Part shown: positions 18,002 through 28,216 of the stretch, in pieces
How the letters are laid out: each line of letters begins with the position of its first letter
How positions within the stretch are numbered: the first letter of the stretch is position 1
Assembly: GCA_025059375.1 (NCBI GenBank)
Contig: JANXDO010000002.1
Span: 64,966-128,965 of the forward strand
DNA: 64,000 nt
Direction: 5' to 3'
Source of the DNA: Candidatus Nezhaarchaeota archaeon
GTDB taxonomy: Archaea; Thermoproteota; Methanomethylicia; Nezhaarchaeales; WYZ-LMO8
Position numbers and translations under genes: made by a program
The notes under the pieces: generated by a model
Databases searched by the model: none
Told to the model about the DNA's origin: nothing
The model's input: the letters and a program-made list of their open reading frames with translations, nothing else

Positions 18002-18883
18002 TTAATGCGTTTTAGTTATGAAGACATCGGCACACACGTAGGTCTTTAATGGAGATACCGACCTCACTACCCTACTCGATGTCATGAGCCACCTCACATT
18101 TAAGCTGTCAAGAACCTTCGATAGCCTACACTTTAGGTATTCCTCCACATCACTTCCACGATGTGCGGTATCGTAGTAGTGAATGTATCCTTCAAGCTTT
18201 AACGCCTCGATAGCCTTAGCCAAGTGGTCAATGGCATGCTCGGGTGAAGGCATCAAAACTCTATTAGCAATGCCCTTAAGCCTATACGTCTCAATAACTT
18301 GGGAGGCATCGCCAAATATTGGTATTACTTTATCCTCTACACGATTTAGCTTTATGTTCTCCACCATAAGGTTGTAAGCACTAGGGTTTACATCTATGGA
18401 GTAAATCTTAACGTCTGGAACCTTCTTCGCTATGACTATTGAGAATGGCCCCACCCCTGCAAACATGTTAATTATGACTTCTCCCGGCTTAACCATGCTT
18501 GCTATTCTCAGTCTTTCATATTGAAGCCTAGAGGTAAAGAACACCTTAGATATATCGACTTTAAACACACAACCGCTCTCCCTATGTATTGTTTCAAGTC
18601 CTCCACTACCTGCTAAGATCTCATAGCTATGGACTCTCTCAGGGTCCTTTGCCGGTGACGTTCTCCTTACGATGAGTCTAACCTTGGGCTTTAAGCTATT
18701 TAGTATCGCTTCAGCAAGCTTAAACCTATATGTCTCCAGCTTACTAGATAGATTCAAGATAGCTATGTCTCCTATTAGTTCAAAGCCGCTGGGGACTGAA
18801 TCGAGAAGGTGTGGTGGAACTATCTCCTTCGCCAGTCTCCTCAGTAAACCTTCTCTAGGCATGCTTTTGGTCTTAGCCTCCAA
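18002..18883 (-). CDS. class I SAM-dependent tRNA methyltransferase of the Trm5/TYW2 family
   Basis: INMFAGVGPFSIVIAKK…IDVNPSAY matches the Trm5/TYW2 motif. It overlaps the upstream radical SAM gene by 11 nt. Confidence 0.65.
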   Translation of the reverse strand: MEAKTKSMPREGLLRRLAKEIVPPHLLDSVPSGFELIGDIAILNLSSKLETYRFKLAEAILNSLKPKVRLIVRRTSPAKDPERVHSYEILAGSGGLETIHRESGCVFKVDISKVFFTSRLQYERLRIASMVKPGEVIINMFAGVGPFSIVIAKKVPDVKIYSIDVNPSAYNLMVENIKLNRVEDKVIPIFGDASQVIETYRLKGIANRVLMPSPEHAIDHLAKAIEALKLEGYIHYYDTAHRGSDVEEYLKCRLSKVLDSLNVRWLMTSSRVVRSVSPLKTYVCADVFITKTH

Positions 18884-20345
18884 CCTTAGCTAGATAAGGT
18901 ATGCTCAATGCCCTCTCAACAATGGGCCTGTGAATGCTATTGTAAGTACAGAAGGGTCTTATAGTTCCATCAGGCAAGGCGTAGTGTATGCAGCACCTCT
19001 CAACTCTCTCAAGGTCAAAGTTGTAAGGATCCATGAAGTGCATACACCCTAAGAGCACCATCCTCCTCATCAATTGACCTAAAGCATCATACGAACCTTT
19101 AATGAATACACTTAATAAGCTCCTCCTCAGCTTGCCCTTGATGTTGCGGCTTGCTAGGAGTAGCTTCAAATAAGCTCTAAGCCTCTTGCCCTTAGATGCT
19201 AGATTATGAACCTCCCAAAAGTCGCTTGCAAGCTTGTCGACATCAGCATACTTGGTTATAGGAGTTATGCTGCCATCATCCTCTACTAAGAAAAATGTAG
19301 CTACACCACAGTGTGGATGAGCTGTGAACTCCGGGTACTTCCTTCCCTTAATGGCTCCAACAGCCCTAGCCATTGCTACCGGCCAAGGGACGGGCCTAAA
19401 GTCTAACACCCTAATTGCTCCTCCAGTTTGCTCCTCGCACAGCTTCATGAAGTCCGGTATCGTTATTCTCATTTTCTCCCTCTCCTCCCTGTTTATTCTC
19501 CCGGTTATGGATACAGGCTGAACATTAATTCCCCTAACGACATCACAGTTCTTGGCTGCGAACCTTATGATGTCGCCCACCTGATGATCGTTTACCCCCT
19601 TAACCAAGGTTACTACGAGAACTATGGAGTCATGGCCCAGCTTTCGGGCATTCTCTACGACTTTAAACTTTATGTTCGTCAGAGGGACACCTCTAGTCTT
19701 AATGTAAATGTCATCTGTTAAACCATCGAACTGAAGATATACTGTTGACATTCCAGCGTCAAGCAGGCTCTTATAGAAGTTTATGTCCTTAGCAAGGAGG
19801 ATCCCATTACTGTTTACCTCAACGTGTCTAAAGCCCTCCTTCTTAGCCATGGAAATTAGGTCGGGCAGGTCCCTTCGAAGTGTTGGCTCTCCACCTGAAT
19901 ATTGAAGTGCTGCTGGAGGTAGAGGTTTCAGCTCCCTAAGGTTCTTAAGCATCCGTCCTACCTGCTCCTGAGTCGGCTCATATAGGTACCCAATAGCCCC
20001 GGCATGAGCAAAACATATTGGGCAATTAAGGTTGCACCTATTCGTTACATCAATTATAGCGAGGACTGTGCATGTCCTATGCCTTTCACATAAACCACAA
20101 TCATATGGACAGCCTCTTTCACTCCTCCTTTGTGGGTTCTTCACCCCTTCCCCCACGATCTCCCACTTCTCTGCTTCACGGTAAAGCTCATAGTCGCCCC
20201 AGTACACATCAGTGAAGTCTCCATGTTGAGGACAAGACTTAGAAATATAAACGCGATTATTGTCTTCGTACACTATAGCATCCACAACTTGCAAGCACTC
20301 TGGGCACAAACTCTTCGTCTTCTTTATTAGCTCCAATAGCATCAC
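18873..20345 (-). CDS. radical SAM enzyme with an N-terminal Cys-rich ribbon (paralog A); family uncertain
   Basis: The N-terminus has CPEC…CPQHG, then CPYDCGLCERH, then the canonical CNLNCPIC radical SAM motif. It is 490 aa and is paralogous to 26823..28181. Confidence 0.7.
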   Translation of the reverse strand: MMLLELIKKTKSLCPECLQVVDAIVYEDNNRVYISKSCPQHGDFTDVYWGDYELYREAEKWEIVGEGVKNPQRRSERGCPYDCGLCERHRTCTVLAIIDVTNRCNLNCPICFAHAGAIGYLYEPTQEQVGRMLKNLRELKPLPPAALQYSGGEPTLRRDLPDLISMAKKEGFRHVEVNSNGILLAKDINFYKSLLDAGMSTVYLQFDGLTDDIYIKTRGVPLTNIKFKVVENARKLGHDSIVLVVTLVKGVNDHQVGDIIRFAAKNCDVVRGINVQPVSITGRINREEREKMRITIPDFMKLCEEQTGGAIRVLDFRPVPWPVAMARAVGAIKGRKYPEFTAHPHCGVATFFLVEDDGSITPITKYADVDKLASDFWEVHNLASKGKRLRAYLKLLLASRNIKGKLRRSLLSVFIKGSYDALGQLMRRMVLLGCMHFMDPYNFDLERVERCCIHYALPDGTIRPFCTYNSIHRPIVERALSIPYLAKVGG

Positions 20346-20615
20346 CGAGGACCTTCTAGCAGTTAAAGCTGTTTTGCCAATATTTCACTATAAATTTTAT
20401 CTGAGAAATTGCGAGATGCGAAACTCTTAAATAGCAAGGTTAAAGCTCCAGCGACTCATTAACCACTCTGTTTAAGGTGCTGGTTAAGGAGGCTTGCAAG
20501 GTCCTATTGACTGAGGTGTTTAAACCTGGACTTGAGGGATGTAACTGACCTGAAAGCCAAGGATTTAACTTACTCTTTTATTACACGTCATCTGTTCTTA
20601 CGATACGGTGATTGG

Positions 20616-20849
20616 ATGAGGATAATAACAGTAAAGATGCCTGAAGCGTATCTAAGGGATCTAGATGAGCTAGTTAAGTCTGGAGCATACCCCTCAAGAA
20701 GTGAGGCTATAAGAGCTGCCGTGAAGGAGCTTTTAGGGAAGGAGCTGTATAGATCAATTGATGACAGAGCCTTAAAGAAAAAGCTTCAGAGTGAATTTAA
20801 GCATTCGTCGAAGCACTACGGCTTTGGCTGCCGACCACCCGATCACTGA
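20616..20849 (+). CDS. ribbon-helix-helix (CopG/NikR-like) transcriptional regulator
   Basis: MRIITVKMPEAYLRDLDELVKSGAYPSRSEAIRAAVKELL is a typical RHH. I chose the internal ATG at 20616 over the longer ORF. Confidence 0.55.
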   Translation: MRIITVKMPEAYLRDLDELVKSGAYPSRSEAIRAAVKELLGKELYRSIDDRALKKKLQSEFKHSSKHYGFGCRPPDH

Positions 20850-20916
20850 CAGTGCTCGATCGTGAAGAGTTAAGCTATATTAAGGTACCCCTATCTACCT
20901 CTATCCCGGATGAGGT

Positions 20917-21726
20917 ATGCATCCTCAGAGCATATTTTCCATGCTCTACACGCCCGGCAGAAACTTAGGGATACTTTACATAGAGGCTTCTGCTGGGCTA
21001 AGCATTAAAGAGCTTACAAGTATACTTAGAGAGCTTGATAAGTATGGTGCAATAATTTTTAGAGGCTTATATCACGAAGAACGGGTTAATGAAGCTAGAA
21101 AGACGTACTTGTGCATGGTCTGCGATCTGACCTCCTCTAAGCACCCACTTGAGGAGGTAGCATCATCTATTAATAAATTGCCAGGTATTAAGAGCGTTGA
21201 AGTGGTAAAACCAGAGACACCAGGCTTCATAGTTGATGAAAGGCATTACCCCCTAATAGTGGTTGATGAAAGAGCTTTAATATTTAGGATAGAGACGTTC
21301 AACGTCATGCTTCTTGGCATAAGACAAAAGTGGGGGGCTACAGGTCAAGTCTTCCTGTACTACTTAGGTTATGAGGGAGGTATAGGAGCAGCCAAGTTCT
21401 ACAAGAGGGTTTCCGACTTACCGCCGAATGAAGCGATAAAAGCTGCGCTTAAAGTGGCAACAGCTCATGGGCTTGGCAAGTTTGAAGTAATAGATCTTGA
21501 CATGGAAAGACCATACGTAGTAGTCAGAGTTTATGATTTGTTCGAGTGCATACCCATGAAGGGTAAAAGCGATCAACCATTTAGTGAATTCTATAGAGGA
21601 CTATTATGTGGAACGCTAAGCGAACTACTTGGAGTAAAGCTTAGAGCTGAGGAAAGAGCTTGCGTAGCCAAGGGAGATCCTTACTGCGAGTTCGTGTTGA
21701 TGAAGGAGGAGGTTGCGGAAGCTTAA
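20917..21726 (+). CDS. ACT-like + V4R-domain protein (paralog A)
   Basis: It carries the V4R signature GQVFLYYLGYEGG and the C-terminal CVAKGDPYCEF. Confidence 0.55.
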   Translation: MHPQSIFSMLYTPGRNLGILYIEASAGLSIKELTSILRELDKYGAIIFRGLYHEERVNEARKTYLCMVCDLTSSKHPLEEVASSINKLPGIKSVEVVKPETPGFIVDERHYPLIVVDERALIFRIETFNVMLLGIRQKWGATGQVFLYYLGYEGGIGAAKFYKRVSDLPPNEAIKAALKVATAHGLGKFEVIDLDMERPYVVVRVYDLFECIPMKGKSDQPFSEFYRGLLCGTLSELLGVKLRAEERACVAKGDPYCEFVLMKEEVAEA

Positions 21727-21925
21727 AAAGCCGCACTGCGAGAGTACGTGAACTGCTACTATACCCTACATGAAGCCTTCTCGATAACATTTCTTCGACT
21801 ATTGCAGATCCCATGTAGAACTCACATCATTAACCCTTAGAGTTTTTAAACAAACTTCTCACGTAAAGTCAAAAACCCTTCATAACCGACCTTCTCACTG
21901 CTGGAGCTCCTACTGGGGTGATTCT

Positions 21926-22216
21926 GTGAACTATATCATTAAAATTCATGAATATAGTTGTGGTAACTGCGGCTCAAAGTTTTTCGCTTTAACCAAAATA
22001 TACCAATGTCCTCTGTGCAGGAACAGGGTTAGGCGAAGAGAAACTGAGGTTAGAATGTTCAAGAAGCTTGACGAGTATAAGGCTGAGCTTTTACGCTTTA
22101 AAAGCGAATTCCATTATAAGGTTGTTGGTGGGAGGGGGGTTTGGTTTATGGATAGGGTAAGTCAGCTGAAGGGTAGCTGGAGAAGCAAGGTGAGGGAAGG
22201 CCCCCTCATTAAATGA
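21926..22216 (+). CDS. small zinc-ribbon protein
   Basis: CGNCGSKFF…CPLC forms a CxxC…CxxC ribbon in a 96-aa protein. Confidence 0.35.
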   Translation: MNYIIKIHEYSCGNCGSKFFALTKIYQCPLCRNRVRRRETEVRMFKKLDEYKAELLRFKSEFHYKVVGGRGVWFMDRVSQLKGSWRSKVREGPLIK

Positions 22217-22255
22217 TTAGATTTAAGTTTTTCTGCGAGTTGTAGCTACAGTTAC

Positions 22256-23647
22256 GTGGAAGTAATGGAGCCGGCAGTGATAATATCGTCAGCACTACTG
22301 ATTACACTAATACTACTTGAGCTAACATATTTCTCCTATCATTTATGGGTGGCGAGCGCAAGTTCTAAGTACTCTGTGCCAAAAGGTTACCTCGGAAGTG
22401 CGCCGATAGTAGTTTTCCACATTCCAGTTAAGGGTGAACCACAGGCTCTTCTTGAGAGGGCCCTCGCTTCAATTGAGCAGTTGAAGTACCCTAAAGATAG
22501 GATTAAGGTCGTAGTCGTATGTGATGATGAGGACCCAAAACCTATGGAGGATGTCTGTCGAAGAGCTCAGGAGAAGCTTGAAGTCATATTCATCCATCGG
22601 AGTAAAGCTAGAGGATTCAAAGCTGGAGCACTTAACGAGGCTCTTAGAGTTGAAGGTGATGTAGTAGTAGTTTTGGATGTCGATAGCATCATACCCTCTA
22701 ACTTCCTCATAAAGGCCTTGCCATCACTCTATGAGGCGGACGACGTAGCGGCAGTGACCACACGCTGGGAGCCTTTAAACCCCAGTGAGAGTCTAGTTTC
22801 GGAAGCTGTTAGTTTTGGACAGAATTTCTTTACTAGAGGACTGTTTAGAGGACTTCAAGCTAAATTTGGTAGCTCCATACTTATGGGTAGTGGTTGTCTA
22901 TTAAGAAGAGATACGTTATTGAAAGTTGGGATGTGGGATGAGAAGTGCGTCTTAGAGGATGTCGAGTTAAGTGTTAGGCTTAGAGCTAAAGGCTATAGGA
23001 TTGTCTATAATGATTCTGTACCAATATGGGTGGAGCATCCAGCAAGTTATAGCGATTTAAAGAAGCAGCAGAGAAGATGGGCTTGTGGCGCAAGCCAAGT
23101 AATATTGAAGCATATTAAATCGATCCTAACGTCGAGGCTTAAATCCACGGAGAAGTTGAGTTTATTGATCTACTTAACCCAGTACTGTGGCCTGGCAATA
23201 GTGGGATTCTCAATTATTCTGCTCCCGTTATTAGCCTCCTTTAATGGAGAGCCCTCCCTCCCACTAATACTGCCTCTTTTGGTTATTGCTATGTCATTGA
23301 TGGGTGTCTACGGTTATAAGCTTACCAGATACAGGCTTAGCGAGCATGGTTTATTACGAGGCATTAAGGCTCTTGGAAGGATAGCAGCTTTGACCGTAGC
23401 CATGTCTCTTGACGTTTTAATATCTTCATTGAGGCCTCTGATTAAGTTAAAGTGTGGTTGGAGAGTGACGCCTAAAGGGTCCTCTAAAAGGTTTCTAAAG
23501 CATGTGCCTGTTTTAGAGTTCGTGTTGGCCCTCCTACTAATGTTCACATTAATTCTGTCGGCTATGAAATCATTACTAACTCTAACCTCATGGTCTGCAG
23601 TATATCTCGCAGCACTAGCTTACGTGATCCTAAAGAGGTTTGGATGA
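22256..23647 (+). CDS. family-2 glycosyltransferase (cellulose-synthase-like, membrane-bound)
   Basis: It carries the DxD-type VLDVDS motif and the QxxRW motif KKQQRRWACG. An N-terminal TM and C-terminal TM helices are present. Confidence 0.7.
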   Translation: MEVMEPAVIISSALLITLILLELTYFSYHLWVASASSKYSVPKGYLGSAPIVVFHIPVKGEPQALLERALASIEQLKYPKDRIKVVVVCDDEDPKPMEDVCRRAQEKLEVIFIHRSKARGFKAGALNEALRVEGDVVVVLDVDSIIPSNFLIKALPSLYEADDVAAVTTRWEPLNPSESLVSEAVSFGQNFFTRGLFRGLQAKFGSSILMGSGCLLRRDTLLKVGMWDEKCVLEDVELSVRLRAKGYRIVYNDSVPIWVEHPASYSDLKKQQRRWACGASQVILKHIKSILTSRLKSTEKLSLLIYLTQYCGLAIVGFSIILLPLLASFNGEPSLPLILPLLVIAMSLMGVYGYKLTRYRLSEHGLLRGIKALGRIAALTVAMSLDVLISSLRPLIKLKCGWRVTPKGSSKRFLKHVPVLEFVLALLLMFTLILSAMKSLLTLTSWSAVYLAALAYVILKRFG

Positions 23648-23706
23648 TCATCAAGGCAGAGTAAGAAGTCTAAACAGTGTGAAGAAAAGGTGGTGGATTG
23701 ATTGCT

Positions 23707-26334
23707 TTATGAGGGCTTTATGTACCTTGGGAACTGCATGAAGGGCACGAAGCCTGTTGCCCTATAGACCTTGCATAGTAAGGCTCTATTCTGCCAAGAT
23801 CCCGTATATGGATCTAGCGTCTCTATCTCATCTAGTGTCAGTACGTTAGTGTTTGATATCCAGTTCCCATACCACCAGTACCTGTCCCCCGGTAGTTCTG
23901 GGTACCACCAACTCGCCTCAGCATTTACGCATCTTGGATGTATCGCGCTTGTAACTCTAGCTTTCATCAGTATCTTGCCCCTTATCGTCTCAATCCAAAC
24001 CCAATCACCCTCAGCTATGCCGAGTTCTCTAGCAGTATCTGTGTGAATCTCAACTATGGGCTCTGGATGCTGCTCTCTGAGGCCCATGCCCCACTGCCTT
24101 AGTTCCGAGTGGAATTGCGGTCTAAACCTACCACCAGTTCCAAGTATTAATGGATATTCTTTGGCTAATTCAGGTTGAGTTATCGGGCTTTCGTATGGCT
24201 CTATATAGTAGGGTAATGGGCTTAGTCCCAGCACCTTGAATATAGTCACCCAGAGCTCTGCCCTACCAGTTGGTGTTCCAAATCCTCTTGGTCTTCCAGT
24301 GGCTGGGTTTAAGTGTTCGTAACTTCTCGGGGTCCACGTGGATATTATGTATAGATCCTTTGCCTCCTCAAGTGTTAAGCCTATGGGGGCTAGCCTAGCA
24401 TTGTCTGCCTCCTCCAGTGTTTCCCACGGGAAGGCATCTCTCCATTTGTCCTCAGGCAATAACCTTTTGGCTAGCTCTCTGAAAATCCAGTACTCATCCT
24501 TTCTCTCACCAAGAGGTTCAATAGCTTTCTCCCAGACAGTTACTCCCGGATGGAAATCTTCAAAGGTGGCTACGTAGGGTCTCTCAAGGGACTTTGTACA
24601 GGCAGGTAGGACGTAATCAGCGAACGTACATGATGGGTTTAACCACCTATCAATTACCACAACTAATTCGAGATTGGGACTACTGAGAGCTTCATATACT
24701 AGCTTTGTGTTAGGAGCCCAGACAGCAGGGTTACCAACCCATATTATCAAACACTTAATCGGGTAAGGCTTCCCAGTTATTATGGTCCTCGCCAAGACTG
24801 GCCAGTTTATACCGAACATGTGCCCTGAAACGCAGGCATTGATCCTCCAAACCCTCCTGTAATGGGGGTTTACTAGGTCAAACATGGGCCAAGCCATTAT
24901 CGGGAATTTATCGGCTCCCAGTTGCAGCTTCTTCATCTCTGGCGTAAGGTGCTCTTGATAGTCGAGTAATGCCTCTCTAAGGAACATTTTTCCACCTATC
25001 TCTGGACCGGGTTGGGTCATGATGTCTCCGCCGACCACATCAAGGTTGCCAGTCAATATCCTCAGCATGCTTCTAGCTATTTCAACAGACATTGAGGCCC
25101 TACCTATCTGGTCAGGCGCAACGCCTCTATACATGCAGGCAGGCTTGGTGGTAGCATAGAGCTTACACGACTCTTCAAGTATTCTCTTAGGCACCCAAGT
25201 AACTTCAGACATCTTCTCAGGCGGGTACTCCATAACCCTCTCCCTGAAGGCCGTGAAGGCTGTTTTGCACTCAACTGATTGTCCATCAACCGTTTCAACC
25301 TTAAAGTATCCCTCAAGTACTACCTTGACCTCTTCGTCAGGTATGGGTTCACCTGCAAGATTATAGAATTGACACATTACCGGGTCCCATACTATTAAGC
25401 CCTTATTCTTGTCCATAGCAACATACCTATCACTCCTGCCGCCCTTGACGACATCCTTCTCGGTTAGCCACCAATCCTTATCTGTCCTAAGCAGTAGAGG
25501 ACCATTAGACCATTTCTCGACAAAGTCCCTGTCAAATAGGTTGTCCCTAAGCATTATGTACATCCAAGCTAAGAAGACCCCCGCATCAGTTCCAGGTCTC
25601 AGCTGTAACCAGTAATCAGCGACTCTAGCTTCCTCTGTAAGTCTTGGATCTAGAACTATGAGATACATCTCTTCCCCTCTTCTCTTCCTCTCCATCAATG
25701 CATGCCATTGAGCCGGGAGGGACTCCGATGGGTGTCTACTATCAAGGACGATGCACTTAGCGTTCATTATGTCAGGGGTGTGGGTGTTGGCGCCAAACAT
25801 GCAGTACTGCATCGAAACATCGCATGTTGAGCATATGGTTCCTGGGGAGGTTACGTTGCCTGGATTACCTATTGCGAACAGGAATCTAGACCTAGCCCAG
25901 TAGAGGTCAGTCCTATACGTACCTTCAGCAACAGCTATGCACTGAGGTCCATATCTCTCTATTAGCTCCTTCAATTTAGAGGCTATTTCATTGAGAGCTT
26001 GCTCCCATGATATCCTCTGCCATTGACCAGACCCTCTCTCACCAACCCTCTTTAACGGGTACTTTAATTGATCTGGATGATAAATGAAGTCGACCATGTG
26101 ATTTAATCTTTCTTTGCAGAGGAAACCTCTACTAACAGGGTGTTCAGGATTGCCCTCGACCTTAATGAGCCTTCCAGTCTTCTTGTCGATGTAGGCTAAG
26201 ATGCCGCATCGAAGCCAGCAGCCTGGCTCACCGCTATGGCAACCACACTTCTTAATTATAACTTCTTCCTCAGCCATATTGCATCCCATGCACTTAATAG
26301 TTTGAAAGAAAGGCTTTAAAAGAGTTTCGAGCAA
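23707..26334 (-). CDS. Mo/W-bis-PGD (DMSO-reductase-family) oxidoreductase catalytic subunit, standalone and cytoplasmic
   Basis: An N-terminal Cys cluster (KKCGCHSGEPGCWLRCG…C) is followed by …VEGNPEHPVSRGFLC… and a C-terminal MopB dinucleotide-binding domain. It is 875 aa. The start may be the internal ATG at 26277 (MAEEEV). Confidence 0.7.
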   Translation of the reverse strand: MLETLLKPFFQTIKCMGCNMAEEEVIIKKCGCHSGEPGCWLRCGILAYIDKKTGRLIKVEGNPEHPVSRGFLCKERLNHMVDFIYHPDQLKYPLKRVGERGSGQWQRISWEQALNEIASKLKELIERYGPQCIAVAEGTYRTDLYWARSRFLFAIGNPGNVTSPGTICSTCDVSMQYCMFGANTHTPDIMNAKCIVLDSRHPSESLPAQWHALMERKRRGEEMYLIVLDPRLTEEARVADYWLQLRPGTDAGVFLAWMYIMLRDNLFDRDFVEKWSNGPLLLRTDKDWWLTEKDVVKGGRSDRYVAMDKNKGLIVWDPVMCQFYNLAGEPIPDEEVKVVLEGYFKVETVDGQSVECKTAFTAFRERVMEYPPEKMSEVTWVPKRILEESCKLYATTKPACMYRGVAPDQIGRASMSVEIARSMLRILTGNLDVVGGDIMTQPGPEIGGKMFLREALLDYQEHLTPEMKKLQLGADKFPIMAWPMFDLVNPHYRRVWRINACVSGHMFGINWPVLARTIITGKPYPIKCLIIWVGNPAVWAPNTKLVYEALSSPNLELVVVIDRWLNPSCTFADYVLPACTKSLERPYVATFEDFHPGVTVWEKAIEPLGERKDEYWIFRELAKRLLPEDKWRDAFPWETLEEADNARLAPIGLTLEEAKDLYIISTWTPRSYEHLNPATGRPRGFGTPTGRAELWVTIFKVLGLSPLPYYIEPYESPITQPELAKEYPLILGTGGRFRPQFHSELRQWGMGLREQHPEPIVEIHTDTARELGIAEGDWVWIETIRGKILMKARVTSAIHPRCVNAEASWWYPELPGDRYWWYGNWISNTNVLTLDEIETLDPYTGSWQNRALLCKVYRATGFVPFMQFPRYIKPS

Positions 26335-26551
26335 GAAAGCAGCACACTATAATAACAATACGCATAACTTGTAAGCTTAATTGCCATAAATCGATGACAC
26401 CTTTACAAGTAGGGTTCTGCATTATCAATAACTAGTGTCTTCACTATGAAAATAGGAAGTGAGCTAGCCACTCAGCTTACCTCAAAGATATGCAAAAGTT
26501 TTAAAGAGTCAGAGACTTAAGACTGTAACTAAATGTTGGAGGTCATCGACG

Positions 26552-26821
26552 ATGATATTTCTCCCAAGATCTCAGCTTCCACCCAAGATTACGTTAATAG
26601 TTAAGAAGATTGGAGACAAGGACTATGAGGTTGTAACTGAGCCAAAACTTGATCCAAGTGTTTTCGGCATATTCCTCATTAGATTTAAGCAGTGCAGCAA
26701 GGGGCTTGCAGTTAAGATGACTGGGGGAAAGATAGTATTAAGTGGCGAAAACCCTGACTTCAACGCTATAGTTGCCTGCATGAATCAAGGCTCGCCTGTA
26801 CCAGTAGAATTAAAGATGTAG
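26552..26821 (+). CDS. small hypothetical protein
   Basis: This is an 89-aa ORF between the Mo enzyme and radical SAM paralog B with no recognisable motif. Confidence 0.3.
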   Translation: MIFLPRSQLPPKITLIVKKIGDKDYEVVTEPKLDPSVFGIFLIRFKQCSKGLAVKMTGGKIVLSGENPDFNAIVACMNQGSPVPVELKM

Positions 26822-26822
26822 C

Positions 26823-28181
26823 TCATGTCCTATACAATTTCTTACCATTGACTGACGTGATGTTGTAGAGACAGAAGGGTATGAGATTACCTTTCTCCCT
26901 TAATTCGTGGACGCAACACTTTACAACCCTCTTCAAGTCTATCGTCCAAACATCTTGGGCAAAGTGGCATCCAATGCTGAAAAAGCCTTCAGGCTTTAAG
27001 TGTTCTAAGAGGAACCTTAAAGGGGATCCCATAGCTTGAGGGTTACAGTTCAATACTAAGCTCTTTGAAGTGTTTAGCTCGCAGGCTATTGCGTTAAGAA
27101 GCTCGTCAAAGTCAACAAACCTGTTTTTAAGCGAGTACCTGTCTATGAGGTGCTCGATGTCGGCTAGCCTATTTATGACTTCAACCTTACCATCGTCCTT
27201 ATAGTAGGCGTATACAAGTGCTGAGCAGCGAGGGTCAGAGCAAGGTACTGGGATGAAGTCGAGAGCCTTCACTGCCCCTTTGCTCTGCCTTTCAATCAAT
27301 ACTTGAATGTCACTCACAGTCACCCTATCGAGAGGGTTAAAGATTGATTTGGGGTACCTACCAAGAGCAGTAAATGGCTGGAAGTTCACCCCAATGGTCT
27401 TCCTTGAAATTGAGTACCTAACTATGTCCCACAAGCAGTGATCGTTAACCCCCTTGATCACGGTCACGGCTAACGTTACGGCTAGCCCCGCCTTAATGCA
27501 ATTACTTAAGGCTCTCTCCTTGACTCTAGTAAGGTCGGCCCCCCTGATCTTGAGGTGTACGCTTGGGTCTAGGCCATCGAATTGAAGGTAAATACCGCTT
27601 AGTCCTGCATCAGCTAATTCCCTTGCAAGTTGAGGATCTTTTGCTAATTTAATACCATTTGTGTCGATCTCCATGAACTTAAAGCCTATGTCCTTAGCCA
27701 TCGAAATTATTTCAGACAAATCCTTCCGAAGAGTTGGTTCTCCACCCGAGAACTGGATTGCTGTTGGTCCCCCCTCGCAGCTGAGCAACTCCTTAAGCAT
27801 CTCGCCGATATCATCAAGTGTGGGCTCCCACCTTGATTCTCTACTAGAACCTGCCAAGCAAACTGGGCAAATTAGGTTGCATGAGTCTGTCACCTCAACT
27901 ATTGCTAGGCATGTGTGTTGCTCATGACTTGGACAAAGCCCGCAGTCGTAGGGACATCCTCTATACGTCTTATCTATGTGAGGTTTAGCTGGAGAGCCTC
28001 TCCTCGAAAATCTGAGAGCTCTCTTATACAGACCACTATCGCTCCATAGAAGCGACCTGAAGAATCCATGATTTTTACAGAACTTCTCCATGTAGACTTT
28101 GTATTCTTCAGTTACTATCTTAGCTGGTATTATGGATAAACACGTTGGACATAAACTCTTAGTTTCATCCAATAGCTCCAT
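26823..28181 (-). CDS. radical SAM enzyme with an N-terminal Cys-rich ribbon (paralog B)
   Basis: It carries CPTC…CKNHG, then CPYDCGLCPSH, then CNLICPVC. It is 452 aa and is collinear with paralog A (…YLQFDGL…GVNDH…). Confidence 0.7.
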   Translation of the reverse strand: MELLDETKSLCPTCLSIIPAKIVTEEYKVYMEKFCKNHGFFRSLLWSDSGLYKRALRFSRRGSPAKPHIDKTYRGCPYDCGLCPSHEQHTCLAIVEVTDSCNLICPVCLAGSSRESRWEPTLDDIGEMLKELLSCEGGPTAIQFSGGEPTLRKDLSEIISMAKDIGFKFMEIDTNGIKLAKDPQLARELADAGLSGIYLQFDGLDPSVHLKIRGADLTRVKERALSNCIKAGLAVTLAVTVIKGVNDHCLWDIVRYSISRKTIGVNFQPFTALGRYPKSIFNPLDRVTVSDIQVLIERQSKGAVKALDFIPVPCSDPRCSALVYAYYKDDGKVEVINRLADIEHLIDRYSLKNRFVDFDELLNAIACELNTSKSLVLNCNPQAMGSPLRFLLEHLKPEGFFSIGCHFAQDVWTIDLKRVVKCCVHELREKGNLIPFCLYNITSVNGKKLYRT

Positions 28182-28216
28182 TGCGCCAAGCTATAGCTAA
28201 CTCAATATTTAAGCTT

